From a virus (Duplodnaviria; Caudoviricetes): a DNA stretch of 64,000 bases. The notes under the pieces were generated by a model. The model searched no databases and had not been told where the DNA came from. It worked only from the letters and a program-made list of their open reading frames with translations. The stretch covers positions 32,001 to 96,000 of IMG/VR virus record IMGVR_UViG_3300037067_017859. One strand, given 5' to 3'. This document shows, piece after piece, positions 8,171 to 16,030 of this stretch. Within the stretch, counting starts at the first letter, position 1. Each line of letters starts with the position of its first letter. A program made the translations under genes and the position numbers.

Positions 8171-8689
8171 ATGCGCGTCTTGGTTGCCACAACAAAACAG
8201 CAAGGGAAAAGGTCTAATGATTTCAGCTTTACGAATGATGGCGAATTAGTACGTTATGGCTTTGATTGCGATGGCGAAGACGTTGACGGTGTTTGCGGCT
8301 GCAAGCGATCCTTAATCGGTTTCGATTCCCATAAGGGAACCACTACCTTTTGCATTGCCGAAATGGATATTAACCTCGAACAAGTAACCAAACTCATCGA
8401 AAAATCTCTAAAGGCTTCTGGCTTCATATCCCCAAGCGATCCAGAAGAAGAAAACAAGGAATTCATTGCTGAAATTGTGCTGGAAACTTTGAGCCTTTGG
8501 AAATCGTTCGATCAATTCCCTATTGGCCTCGTGCTGGAACGTAGAGGAGTATATTTCTCTCCGCGGATTGAGAAATCCGGATTATGTCCTATTTGTGGCG
8601 AAAAGATTCACCTTTCCGGACGGACGAAAGACAATAGATATATTGGCTCCTGTCAGGATGCTTTTACACTAGAACAATGGATTGCCTGA
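8171..8689 (+). CDS. conserved hypothetical protein with C-terminal zinc ribbon
   Basis: GGAGG RBS; MRVLVAT..QGxRxNDF...CGCxRS; CPIC. Confidence 0.7.
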   Translation: MRVLVATTKQQGKRSNDFSFTNDGELVRYGFDCDGEDVDGVCGCKRSLIGFDSHKGTTTFCIAEMDINLEQVTKLIEKSLKASGFISPSDPEEENKEFIAEIVLETLSLWKSFDQFPIGLVLERRGVYFSPRIEKSGLCPICGEKIHLSGRTKDNRYIGSCQDAFTLEQWIA

Positions 8690-8765
8690 TTCATTCTGGA
8701 TTTCGCGTGTAAACCCGGTTTACACGCGATACCTTGGATTAACCAGGGAGAAAGAGATAACTACA
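8690..8765 (+). repeat. structured intergenic element, copy 1 (contains the GTAAACCCGGTTTAC motif at 8709-8723)
   Basis: GGATTT-CGCGTGTAAAC/GTTTACACGCG-ATACC-hairpin-AGAAAGAG-ATG. Confidence 0.85.
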
Positions 8766-9224
8766 ATGGAACCGATCACCATTGGAACTGCAATCAAGGA
8801 AGTTCAAATCAAATACCTTACTCGCCAGAAAATAGGCGAGACTCGAAAGATATACAACAGTCAAGACGTTTTTGACATATTCCATCCTCTAATCAATCCC
8901 GAACGAGTTGAGGTTTTTATCTGTGTCATGGTCAATTCGAAAAACCGTATTTTGTCCTATGAGGTTGTGAGCCGAGGCTCTCTTAATATGTCCGTTACTC
9001 ATCCTCGTGACGTATTTTCAACTCCCGTACGACTACAGGCTTCGGCTGTACTTTTCCTGCACAATCATCCTTCGGGAGATCCAGCGCCAAGTATAGAAGA
9101 TAAAGACTGCACAGAAAAGCTTATGGCAAGCGCCAAAACTTTAGCAATCAAAGTATTGGATCATATAATCATCGGCGAAACTTCATATTACAGCTTTGCC
9201 GATTCTGGCGCATTGCCTGTCTAA
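8766..9224 (+). CDS. RadC-like JAB/MPN domain protein
   Basis: E..., HPRDVF, HNHPSGDPAPSIED, LDHIII, YYSF. Confidence 0.9.
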   Translation: MEPITIGTAIKEVQIKYLTRQKIGETRKIYNSQDVFDIFHPLINPERVEVFICVMVNSKNRILSYEVVSRGSLNMSVTHPRDVFSTPVRLQASAVLFLHNHPSGDPAPSIEDKDCTEKLMASAKTLAIKVLDHIIIGETSYYSFADSGALPV

Positions 9225-9297
9225 TTCTGGATTTCGCCTGCTAATGCTCATTGGCAGGCGATACCTTGAATTAATCAAGGGGAAAGAGAGCAAGCCA
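9222..9297 (+). repeat. structured intergenic element, copy 2
   Basis: TAATTCTGGATTT-CGCCTGCTAATG/CATTGGCAGGCG-ATACCTTGAATTAATCAAGG-GGAAAGAGAG. Confidence 0.85.
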
Positions 9298-9759
9298 ATG
9301 CTACAACATTTCAAACCGTGCAATCGATCCAAAGAACGCATGGCTTATTATGCGGCTCCTGAAGGCAAAACGATCAAGGTCGAACTCTATTACACAAAAG
9401 GAGGAATCAGCTTCGCTACTAATAAACAAGTGCGAAGGGGAATCTTTATTTCCATTACGCCGGTGACATTAGAAAAGACTCAATCCGGTTTTACCTCGGA
9501 GTCTTTTATGCTTTTCTCAGGTACGCGAAGCCTATTATGTGAGCTCAAACGCTTTTCCGAAAAGGCATTGCATGATGTAGCCGAAAAGATTGACGACCTT
9601 ATTCCAAAGGTTGCTGCAAATATCAATGCAGAAACCGCGACACAAACCGATTTTGACACAAATGTTTTGTATCTCCGCGATTGCTACCTGAACCCTGAAC
9701 TTAGAAATTTAGCCTTTCCGGCGCCGGGTAGTGAAAAAACAAAGGCTTCCAATGGATAA
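9298..9759 (+). CDS. hypothetical protein
   Basis: Starts at the end of element copy 2; LYYxKGG...RGIFxS pattern. Confidence 0.7.
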   Translation: MLQHFKPCNRSKERMAYYAAPEGKTIKVELYYTKGGISFATNKQVRRGIFISITPVTLEKTQSGFTSESFMLFSGTRSLLCELKRFSEKALHDVAEKIDDLIPKVAANINAETATQTDFDTNVLYLRDCYLNPELRNLAFPAPGSEKTKASNG

Positions 9760-10312
9760 TAAAAAACGGCGTCCACAGTTATATTTGAGTTTTACGCTCC
9801 GTCCAGAAGAAACGATTTCAGTACTTCGCCATGGCGACCAAGCGATTATCATTGTCTCCGTAATCCAAAACGATTTTGAAGGAGGAGGAACTTTATCTGA
9901 ACCCAAATGGAGAAATTGTAGCCGTATGAAAGGAACTGGACAATTCGATAACCTCGAACTTAGAGGATATCTATCAGCCGATATGAACGGCGCTTATGGC
10001 TATCACGTGGCCTATTGGGATATCCATGAAGCTGAATCTAAACGGGCTGCATTAATGGCCAAAACCCTCAAAATGATTGAAAAGAAATTCTCTTATTACA
10101 ATACAAAGGAGGGAGACAGGCTTGATATCGGCGTGGAAGTAAACCGCTTTTGCCGGGCTATAGGCGCTGAAGGTCTTATTGAGTGGACAGAAACCATTTC
10201 CAATTATGATGATTGTCCTTATCGCAAATGGAATCTAGCGCAAATACCAAATGTCGTGAATTCAAGAATTGAAGGTTGGCATATCGAGCACCCGAATAAA
10301 TCAATTGCATAG
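9752..10312 (+). CDS. hypothetical protein
   Basis: Coupled to the upstream gene; ends at element copy 3. Confidence 0.65.
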   Translation: MDNKKRRPQLYLSFTLRPEETISVLRHGDQAIIIVSVIQNDFEGGGTLSEPKWRNCSRMKGTGQFDNLELRGYLSADMNGAYGYHVAYWDIHEAESKRAALMAKTLKMIEKKFSYYNTKEGDRLDIGVEVNRFCRAIGAEGLIEWTETISNYDDCPYRKWNLAQIPNVVNSRIEGWHIEHPNKSIA

Positions 10313-10387
10313 CTTGGATTTCAGGACATAAGCCATAATCTTATGTCCTGATACCTTAGCTTATGCGAGGGGAAAGAGAGTAAACCA
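10307..10387 (+). repeat. structured intergenic element, copy 3
   Basis: GCATAGCTTGGATTT-CAGGACATAAG/CTTATGTCCTG-ATACCTTAGCTTATGCGAGG-GGAAAGAGAG. Confidence 0.85.
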
Positions 10388-10585
10388 ATGCCAAGAGTAT
10401 TTGACCTTAGCGAAACGGAAATTGTCCAATATCATCATATGCGCGATCGGACGCCGGATTGCAGAAACTTTTCCGGCGCTGGCAGGCGGCGCTATCCATG
10501 CCCTACGTGCGGCAAACCAAATCGATTGACTGAAACGGAATCTCTTGAGGGATTTCAATGCTCTAATTGTTCGAGGAAATCATAA
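10388..10585 (+). CDS. small zinc-ribbon protein
   Basis: PCPTCGKPNRLT...GFQCSNC. Confidence 0.7.
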   Translation: MPRVFDLSETEIVQYHHMRDRTPDCRNFSGAGRRRYPCPTCGKPNRLTETESLEGFQCSNCSRKS

Positions 10586-10587
10586 TT

Positions 10588-10953
10588 ATGGATACCAATT
10601 GGGATAGGGAACCACAAATGGACGCTGAAAGAAAACCGTCAATGGAAGACAAAGGGTTTACAACAAAGTCTCCTTATCTAATGACAAAGGAAGAGCGCCA
10701 TAGTCTTTTCCAATGCCTGGAAGCGGAATTGCAATTGCAGAAGCTTCCAACATCATATGGGTTGCCTCGTTTGGCTCATTCCGACGAATTCATGATAATG
10801 CATACCACCGAAGAAGGTGTTATAGGATTTAAGCATATTGGCACCCGCAACTATGTTTTCCTGCTTCCTTCGGAAAGCCAGAACCGTAAGTATGAGCTTT
10901 ACGTTCCTGTGTCCAGAGAGCTTTTTATGCGTGGACAATTCGACGAATATTAG
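10588..10953 (+). CDS. hypothetical protein
   Basis: GAGG RBS; operon continuity. Confidence 0.6.
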   Translation: MDTNWDREPQMDAERKPSMEDKGFTTKSPYLMTKEERHSLFQCLEAELQLQKLPTSYGLPRLAHSDEFMIMHTTEEGVIGFKHIGTRNYVFLLPSESQNRKYELYVPVSRELFMRGQFDEY

Positions 10954-10959
10954 GATTTT

Positions 10960-11184
10960 ATGAAAACCAGAAGATCTGTGAGGAATCAAAACATTCTTTG
11001 GAAAGAACTGGGAGGAAAACCCGATCCAAAGCCCGAACCAGTAAAAACCAAATGTTGTTGGAATTGCATATTTTATTCTAACTGCGGCCGGACAAATGGA
11101 ACTTGCAGAAAGCATGGGAAAAAAGTGGGAGGAAGAGAACAACTGAATTGTTATACACCAAACCTAAAAGGAATAACGCTATGA
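10960..11184 (+). CDS. small Cys-rich basic protein
   Basis: CWNC...C...C; AGGA RBS. Confidence 0.5.
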   Translation: MKTRRSVRNQNILWKELGGKPDPKPEPVKTKCCWNCIFYSNCGRTNGTCRKHGKKVGGREQLNCYTPNLKGITL

Positions 11185-11414
11185 AAAAAGTTAAAGAACT
11201 GACCGATGAGGAATGCAGGGAGGTTTTAGACAGAATTGTTAGAGTAATGTATGAAAGCATTGATCCTGATACGGACAAACCTATTCTAGATCCTTTCAAT
11301 GAATTTAATGCCTCGATGCTGGACGATATCGCGGCGGCTCTTGAATCCTATGAGTTAGTTCCGGACGAAATTGTTGATCTGGAAGAACCAGAAACAGATT
11401 CTTTACCGGAGTGA
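11181..11414 (+). CDS. small acidic protein
   Basis: AAGGA RBS; ATGA overlap; very D/E-rich. Confidence 0.65.
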   Translation: MKKVKELTDEECREVLDRIVRVMYESIDPDTDKPILDPFNEFNASMLDDIAAALESYELVPDEIVDLEEPETDSLPE

Positions 11415-11492
11415 TTATCGAGCTTGGCATTCTGCTCCTGGGAATAGAATGCCAGGTCCGCTAATTAAAGCGGGGAAAAAGAGCAAACCATT
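11412..11492 (+). repeat. structured intergenic element, copy 4 (divergent)
   Basis: CTTGGCATTCT/AGAATGCCAGG stem, CCGCT/AGCGG hairpin, GGAAAAAGAGCAAACC-ATG. Confidence 0.75.
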
Positions 11493-11684
11493 ATGGACAA
11501 TATCATTACTAAAATCGACGAAGCAAATAATCGGCTCATTATCAACTTGGCATTACAGGCTCCAGTAGCATCGGCCAGTGGGAAAACCCTCGTGGTCGCG
11601 TCCACCCGCGGCAACGTAAAGACCGGAGTCATGATCAATGGCAAAGAAGTCACTGTTGGCTGCAATGCCTACATAAAGCCCTAA
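11493..11684 (+). CDS. conserved small hypothetical protein (SASGKTLVVAST..GN type)
   Basis: Recurrent small-protein motif; bounded by element copies 4 and 5. Confidence 0.75.
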   Translation: MDNIITKIDEANNRLIINLALQAPVASASGKTLVVASTRGNVKTGVMINGKEVTVGCNAYIKP

Positions 11685-11689
11685 AAATA

Positions 11690-11762
11690 CTGAAAGGCGA
11701 TTTCACGGGCCACATTCTTTGTGGCCTGTGATACCGCTTTTTAGCGGGGAAAGAGAGAAACC
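11690..11762 (+). repeat. structured intergenic element, copy 5
   Basis: AAAGGCGATTT-CACGGGCCAC/GTGGCCTGTG-ATACCGCTTTTTAGCGG-GGAAAGAGAGAAACC-ATG. Confidence 0.85.
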
Positions 11763-12029
11763 ATGAGCAAACCGAAAAAGGAAATATCTAAACCTCCGTT
11801 CAATGATCCGGAGTTAAGGCTAAAATTCAGACAGCTTGTTAATGCGGCCGTCAAACTCCAATGCATCCTATGGGACAGATTCGGAGAGATTGAAGGATTG
11901 TTGGGCAGAGATATTCAAGACTTCGACGCTAATATCCATGATCTTGCAGCGGCAAGCGACGAAGGGTTGATAGATGATAGCCAAGCTGAAACTTTTTTCA
12001 ACGAACTTGAATTCACTCCGGAGGACTAA
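11763..12029 (+). CDS. hypothetical protein
   Basis: Starts at the end of element copy 5. Confidence 0.7.
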   Translation: MSKPKKEISKPPFNDPELRLKFRQLVNAAVKLQCILWDRFGEIEGLLGRDIQDFDANIHDLAAASDEGLIDDSQAETFFNELEFTPED

Positions 12030-12033
12030 TCCG

Positions 12034-12948
12034 ATGATGCTAACCTTAACCGAATGGACGCCTGAAAGAATACCGATCAGTCACCAATTGCCTCCTATGC
12101 CGCACGAGGGATGTCTTCAAATACCCAAAGAATGTGAATCAGGTTGGGAGCAATTGCCACGTGCTGTAGAACCTGAAGCGGAAGAACCTGAGATTGAAGA
12201 AAAACCAAAAATCAAAGAGTCAGAATGTTTGATTAAAAAAAAGGACATTTTGGCTTATTTCAAAGGGAACGATAAAACCGGGTATACCTGCCATCCGCCA
12301 TGGATGAAATTATTTGAAATCTACACTCCACCAAGTTGCCCAAAGCCGCCGATCGATAAGAAGATAGCAGCTACCATCGAAAGGTTGACCAAGAATATTC
12401 AGAAAAGTTATGTCCAGCACCTTCCTGCAAACAAAAATCATAGGCAATGCGATGCTTACATCGGCTCCCGAACAAAAGATTATAAATATGAATGTGTCGC
12501 AACTGACGAACACCGAGCTATCCTCGTGAGGAGGAATGATAAGCAGAAAAAAGTCAATGGGGTTAGCTCATGGAGGCTATGGAGTGTTAATGAAGTTCCG
12601 AGTCCAGGCGAACCGTCACTAACCCTGACGGATCCTGATATTTTTGTTGCCATTAAACGCCTTTCCACACTTCTGGACACTAAGTATTGGTTCATTGTTT
12701 TAAACTGGAATGATTCAGGGAAATTAATCATTTCCGCCGAGAATTCATTCAAGGAAGAAGGAGTTGAAGAATTTTCTTGTAAAGCCACCTATTCCGGCAG
12801 AATTGCTTTAGACCCTCGTTATGTTCTTCCTGCGCTTGGAACATGGCCATTAGTTATGTACCAGAAAGAAAAAAAGAGTCCTGCAATCTTTATGCCGGAC
12901 ACAAAACAACGTGAATTCATGTACGTGCTTATGCCAATGCAATTATGA
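12034..12948 (+). CDS. protein with C-terminal half resembling the DNA polymerase III beta clamp (last ~1.5 domains)
   Basis: VATDEHR (cf. VATDGHR), IALDPRYV (cf. IAFNxxYL), YVLMPMQL (cf. YVVMPMRL); GGAGG RBS. Confidence 0.6.
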   Translation: MMLTLTEWTPERIPISHQLPPMPHEGCLQIPKECESGWEQLPRAVEPEAEEPEIEEKPKIKESECLIKKKDILAYFKGNDKTGYTCHPPWMKLFEIYTPPSCPKPPIDKKIAATIERLTKNIQKSYVQHLPANKNHRQCDAYIGSRTKDYKYECVATDEHRAILVRRNDKQKKVNGVSSWRLWSVNEVPSPGEPSLTLTDPDIFVAIKRLSTLLDTKYWFIVLNWNDSGKLIISAENSFKEEGVEEFSCKATYSGRIALDPRYVLPALGTWPLVMYQKEKKSPAIFMPDTKQREFMYVLMPMQL

Positions 12949-13036
12949 ACAATCTAAGTCTGGTCGTGTAAACCGGGTTTACGCGACCAGACTCCGCTTT
13001 TAAGCGGGGAACTGAGGAAGAAAGGAAATTAAATCA
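12949..13036 (+). repeat. structured intergenic element, copy 6 (contains the 15-bp motif reversed, 12968-12982)
   Basis: AGTCTGGTCGTGTAAAC/GTTTACGCGACCAGACT stem, CCGCTT/AAGCGG hairpin, GGAA, purine-rich RBS. Confidence 0.75.
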
Positions 13037-13570
13037 ATGGACGAATTAACAGAAGATCAAAAGATCGGAACATGTTCCTGGTGTCATGAGAAAAAAGTCC
13101 TCATCTATAAGGACACCAAACGCTGCGATTCCTGTGATAACCGCTTTACCTATTGTGAAATATGCGAAGAAGAGCAATTTGAAGATGATCATTGTCGTCA
13201 CTTATTTTGGTCTGAAGGCTACGGATGGAGTGGAAGCGGGACAACCAATACAGATTACGACAGCATAAAAGCCTCGCTATTGAAACTCCTTCAATTTATG
13301 CCGTCTGGATTCGCGGCAGAACTCCGAACGGCCATTCTTAGCAATGAATTCCGTACTTTTACGATCGGCAGTCTATTGAGGATCGATTGCGTAGAATTAG
13401 AGGGGTTTCATCCTTCCTTGAAATACAGCAAGAAATTGATTGACCTTGAAAGTAGCGACCATGCCGAAGAAACAGCCGATGGTTATAATTGGCTTGCGAG
13501 TTTATGTGAGAGTGATACGGCAGAAGCCAATGCCCTAACAATCAAATGGATCGAGGAATTCTTAAAATGA
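13037..13570 (+). CDS. Cys-rich N-terminal (zinc-binding) hypothetical protein
   Basis: Three CxxC pairs. Confidence 0.7.
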   Translation: MDELTEDQKIGTCSWCHEKKVLIYKDTKRCDSCDNRFTYCEICEEEQFEDDHCRHLFWSEGYGWSGSGTTNTDYDSIKASLLKLLQFMPSGFAAELRTAILSNEFRTFTIGSLLRIDCVELEGFHPSLKYSKKLIDLESSDHAEETADGYNWLASLCESDTAEANALTIKWIEEFLK

Positions 13571-13758
13571 CCAAACTCGAACTTGGGAGGAAGAACATGC
13601 AGAAGGAAAAGCTATTCGACGATCGAAAGCAAACCAGGCGAAGAAGACCGAATTTCGGGAAACGATACATTCCAAAACATAAAACCCCGTTGCCCATCGA
13701 AGATTACATTGATGCATTTGGGAGGAAAGACAAGGCCGGGCGTGAAAACCAAAAATAA
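13567..13758 (+). CDS. small basic hypothetical protein
   Basis: GAGG RBS; ATGA overlap. Confidence 0.5.
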   Translation: MTKLELGRKNMQKEKLFDDRKQTRRRRPNFGKRYIPKHKTPLPIEDYIDAFGRKDKAGRENQK

Positions 13759-13884
13759 AGGAGGGTTCTATGGGCAGAAATTGGCAACCGAAGCTCAAAT
13801 GCAAATGCAGCAATTGCGGGTGGACCGGAAAGCGTACTTTAAGAATGATGTCTAATTATTGCCCCAACTGTGGGAAATGGGGAA

Positions 13885-14565
13885 CTATTCGTCAGGATCC
13901 GGAATGACATCTTCATCGTCTTCATCGGAGATTTCATCAACCGATGCAGTTTCTTCCTCTACCGGGGTTGCCTCTGCATCAATAACCATTTCACTATTTT
14001 GGGGGATTTGATCTTGAGTATTAGCAGCATTCATTCTATCCATTACAGTACGAAGAAGATCTTCAGAACTCCGGATTCCAGACTGCTGGCGGGATTCGCC
14101 TCCACCGATGTTCAAACTCTGCTGATTGACGCTGACATTGATGGCTCCCGGCTTCTCCGTCATTCCAACCGCTTCGCGGTATTCTTTCAATGGGCTCGTG
14201 GGAGTCAGGCCGGCCGCCAAGAATTGCTTGGCTTCAATATCCAGGGATTCACCCAAGAGGCGCCGGTACTTTTGACCCTCGGTACGCTGAATCAGCAAAC
14301 GGTTTCTGTCATTCTCATGCGCAATAAGCGTTCTGGTTTGGTGAAGGCTCTTGACATGCTGGAGGTCACACTCAATGTCTGCAAGATTGCACTCTTCGCC
14401 ATTCCTATTAAGAAAAGCGACGATCTCCTCTTCAGTAAATCCGGAAATATAATGGCTGTAGACCGTGACAGCCCGATCGTGAGAAGGATAACCATTTTTA
14501 GCGCCACGCTTACTCTGCGGCGGGACATCGCTTTTGGTGATGGCCCATTCATAACCTTGTTTCAT
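13885..14565 (-). CDS. putative terminase small subunit-like / HTH protein
   Basis: N-terminal HTH-like segment, helical middle, INVSVNQQ beta segment, VIDAEATPV and acidic tail, an architecture common in TerS; start uncertain (ORF track gives 14601). Confidence 0.4.
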   Translation of the reverse strand: MKQGYEWAITKSDVPPQSKRGAKNGYPSHDRAVTVYSHYISGFTEEEIVAFLNRNGEECNLADIECDLQHVKSLHQTRTLIAHENDRNRLLIQRTEGQKYRRLLGESLDIEAKQFLAAGLTPTSPLKEYREAVGMTEKPGAINVSVNQQSLNIGGGESRQQSGIRSSEDLLRTVMDRMNAANTQDQIPQNSEMVIDAEATPVEEETASVDEISDEDDEDVIPDPDE

Positions 14566-14620
14566 AACGTGATGATACAACATCAAAGATAAAATTAACA
14601 AAGGATCTTTAAGGAGGCCA

Positions 14621-15439
14621 ATGATCTATCCTCACGACCATAAAGAGGAATTTATAGAGTTGGAATCTGGCCTTATCGTGCCACGGGATGCCATTCCTAA
14701 ACGGCGTCCAACCTGTGTCGATTTGTTTTGCGGATGCGGCGGCATGAGTTTGGGCGTAATTCAGGCCGGAATGGAAGTAGTTGCAGCCGTCGAATGGGAC
14801 TATGCGGCCGCGCAAACTTATCTCGTAAACCTTGGAGAGTATCCCTGCGAGATCATCGGAATCGATCCTGGAGATCGAGAAGGTTTTTCAGATTATTTGG
14901 AAAAACAATTCAATAAGCAAAAGCCCCAAAATGGCGTAGTGCAATTAGACGTATGCGGAAGCGGGTGGAGAGCGCACAACCCGGAAATTCCTGGGGTTAA
15001 GCATTTCTTTATAGGCAACATACGCAATCTGACCGGCAAGCGCATCCTCGAAGCTGTGGGCCTTGAGCAAGGAGAACTCGATTTAGTTTGCGGTGGTCCT
15101 CCTTGTCAGGGCTTCTCACTCTCCAATTCTAAGCGTAGCGCCGATGATCCTCGGAATAGCCTTGTTTTTGAATTTGTGCGTCTGATTCTTGAAATGATGC
15201 CCAAAACCATGGTGATGGAGAACGTCCCTCAAATGGCGAAAATGGTTACGCCATGGGGAACCAATATAATAGACGAAATTGCTCTTCGGCTGGAAGCTGG
15301 AGGATGGGGAGTTGCTGAAGGCGTCAGGCAAACACTTTTAGGTGGGAAGGATCGAGGAGGGGCAATCAAACGGCCTAAAGAGACAAAAACTATAAAAACA
15401 AATAAGCAAAAGAAACTAAGTTTTAAGAAAGGAAGTTAA
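14621..15439 (+). CDS. C5-cytosine DNA methyltransferase, N-terminal half only
   Basis: DLFCGCGG (motif I), GGPPCQGFS (IV), ENV (VI); no QxRxR motif VIII, TRD or IX/X; TAAGGAGG RBS. Confidence 0.85.
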   Translation: MIYPHDHKEEFIELESGLIVPRDAIPKRRPTCVDLFCGCGGMSLGVIQAGMEVVAAVEWDYAAAQTYLVNLGEYPCEIIGIDPGDREGFSDYLEKQFNKQKPQNGVVQLDVCGSGWRAHNPEIPGVKHFFIGNIRNLTGKRILEAVGLEQGELDLVCGGPPCQGFSLSNSKRSADDPRNSLVFEFVRLILEMMPKTMVMENVPQMAKMVTPWGTNIIDEIALRLEAGGWGVAEGVRQTLLGGKDRGGAIKRPKETKTIKTNKQKKLSFKKGS

Positions 15440-15442
15440 CCG

Positions 15443-16030
15443 ATGAGCCACCTATTTCTCACTGAAGAGAAAATTCACATCCTCCTGGAGTCGGCAAAGG
15501 CTAATCTTCGTGACTATGCTTTACTGCACATGGCGGCAAGCACAGCGTTGCGAGGATCCGACCTTCTCAGAATCACCCTCGAGGACATGGTTGATAGGAA
15601 CGGCGAAATCATCAGGCTGCTCCGATTAAAGATGAAGAAGACCGCCCAATGGATCGAACGGCCGCTCCGGGACGATTGCCGGCAAGCTGTTTTTACCTGG
15701 ATCAATAGCCGGAGAGACAAAAACCCTTATCTCTTCATTTGCCTTGGGAATGAAGGGAAAAACAGAAAAAAACCATTAAGCAGAATGGGTTATGATCGAA
15801 TTATCAAAAAATACCTGGCTTTGCAATATCATGAATCCGTTTTGCAGGGATGCTCGACACATACGCTGCGGCGATCCGTGGCGAAGCTCGTCTATAAGAA
15901 GACCGGCGAAATTGCCGCGGCGCAATCGCTTCTTGGGCATCATTCCCCCATCAATACCATAAAATATATCGATCCAAACGAAATCAAGGAGAAGGCTAAT
16001 AAAGTGGTTTTGGAGGATCTTCAATGGTAG
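15443..16030 (+). CDS. tyrosine recombinase, catalytic domain only (195 aa)
   Basis: ALRGSDLL (R), KKT (K), HTLRRS (HxxR), LLGH, TIKY (Y). Confidence 0.9.
   Translation: MSHLFLTEEKIHILLESAKANLRDYALLHMAASTALRGSDLLRITLEDMVDRNGEIIRLLRLKMKKTAQWIERPLRDDCRQAVFTWINSRRDKNPYLFICLGNEGKNRKKPLSRMGYDRIIKKYLALQYHESVLQGCSTHTLRRSVAKLVYKKTGEIAAAQSLLGHHSPINTIKYIDPNEIKEKANKVVLEDLQW

Noticed and set aside
8690-13036. The repeated hairpin elements as a CRISPR array, canonical attC sites, intrinsic terminators or hammerhead ribozymes
   Set aside because: They are separated by whole genes rather than spacers, and lack RYYYAAC/GTTRRRY ends, U-tracts and a CUGAUGA core.
13870-14592. 240-aa plus-strand ORF
   Set aside because: Antisense shadow of the more protein-like minus-strand ORF; no RBS or motifs.
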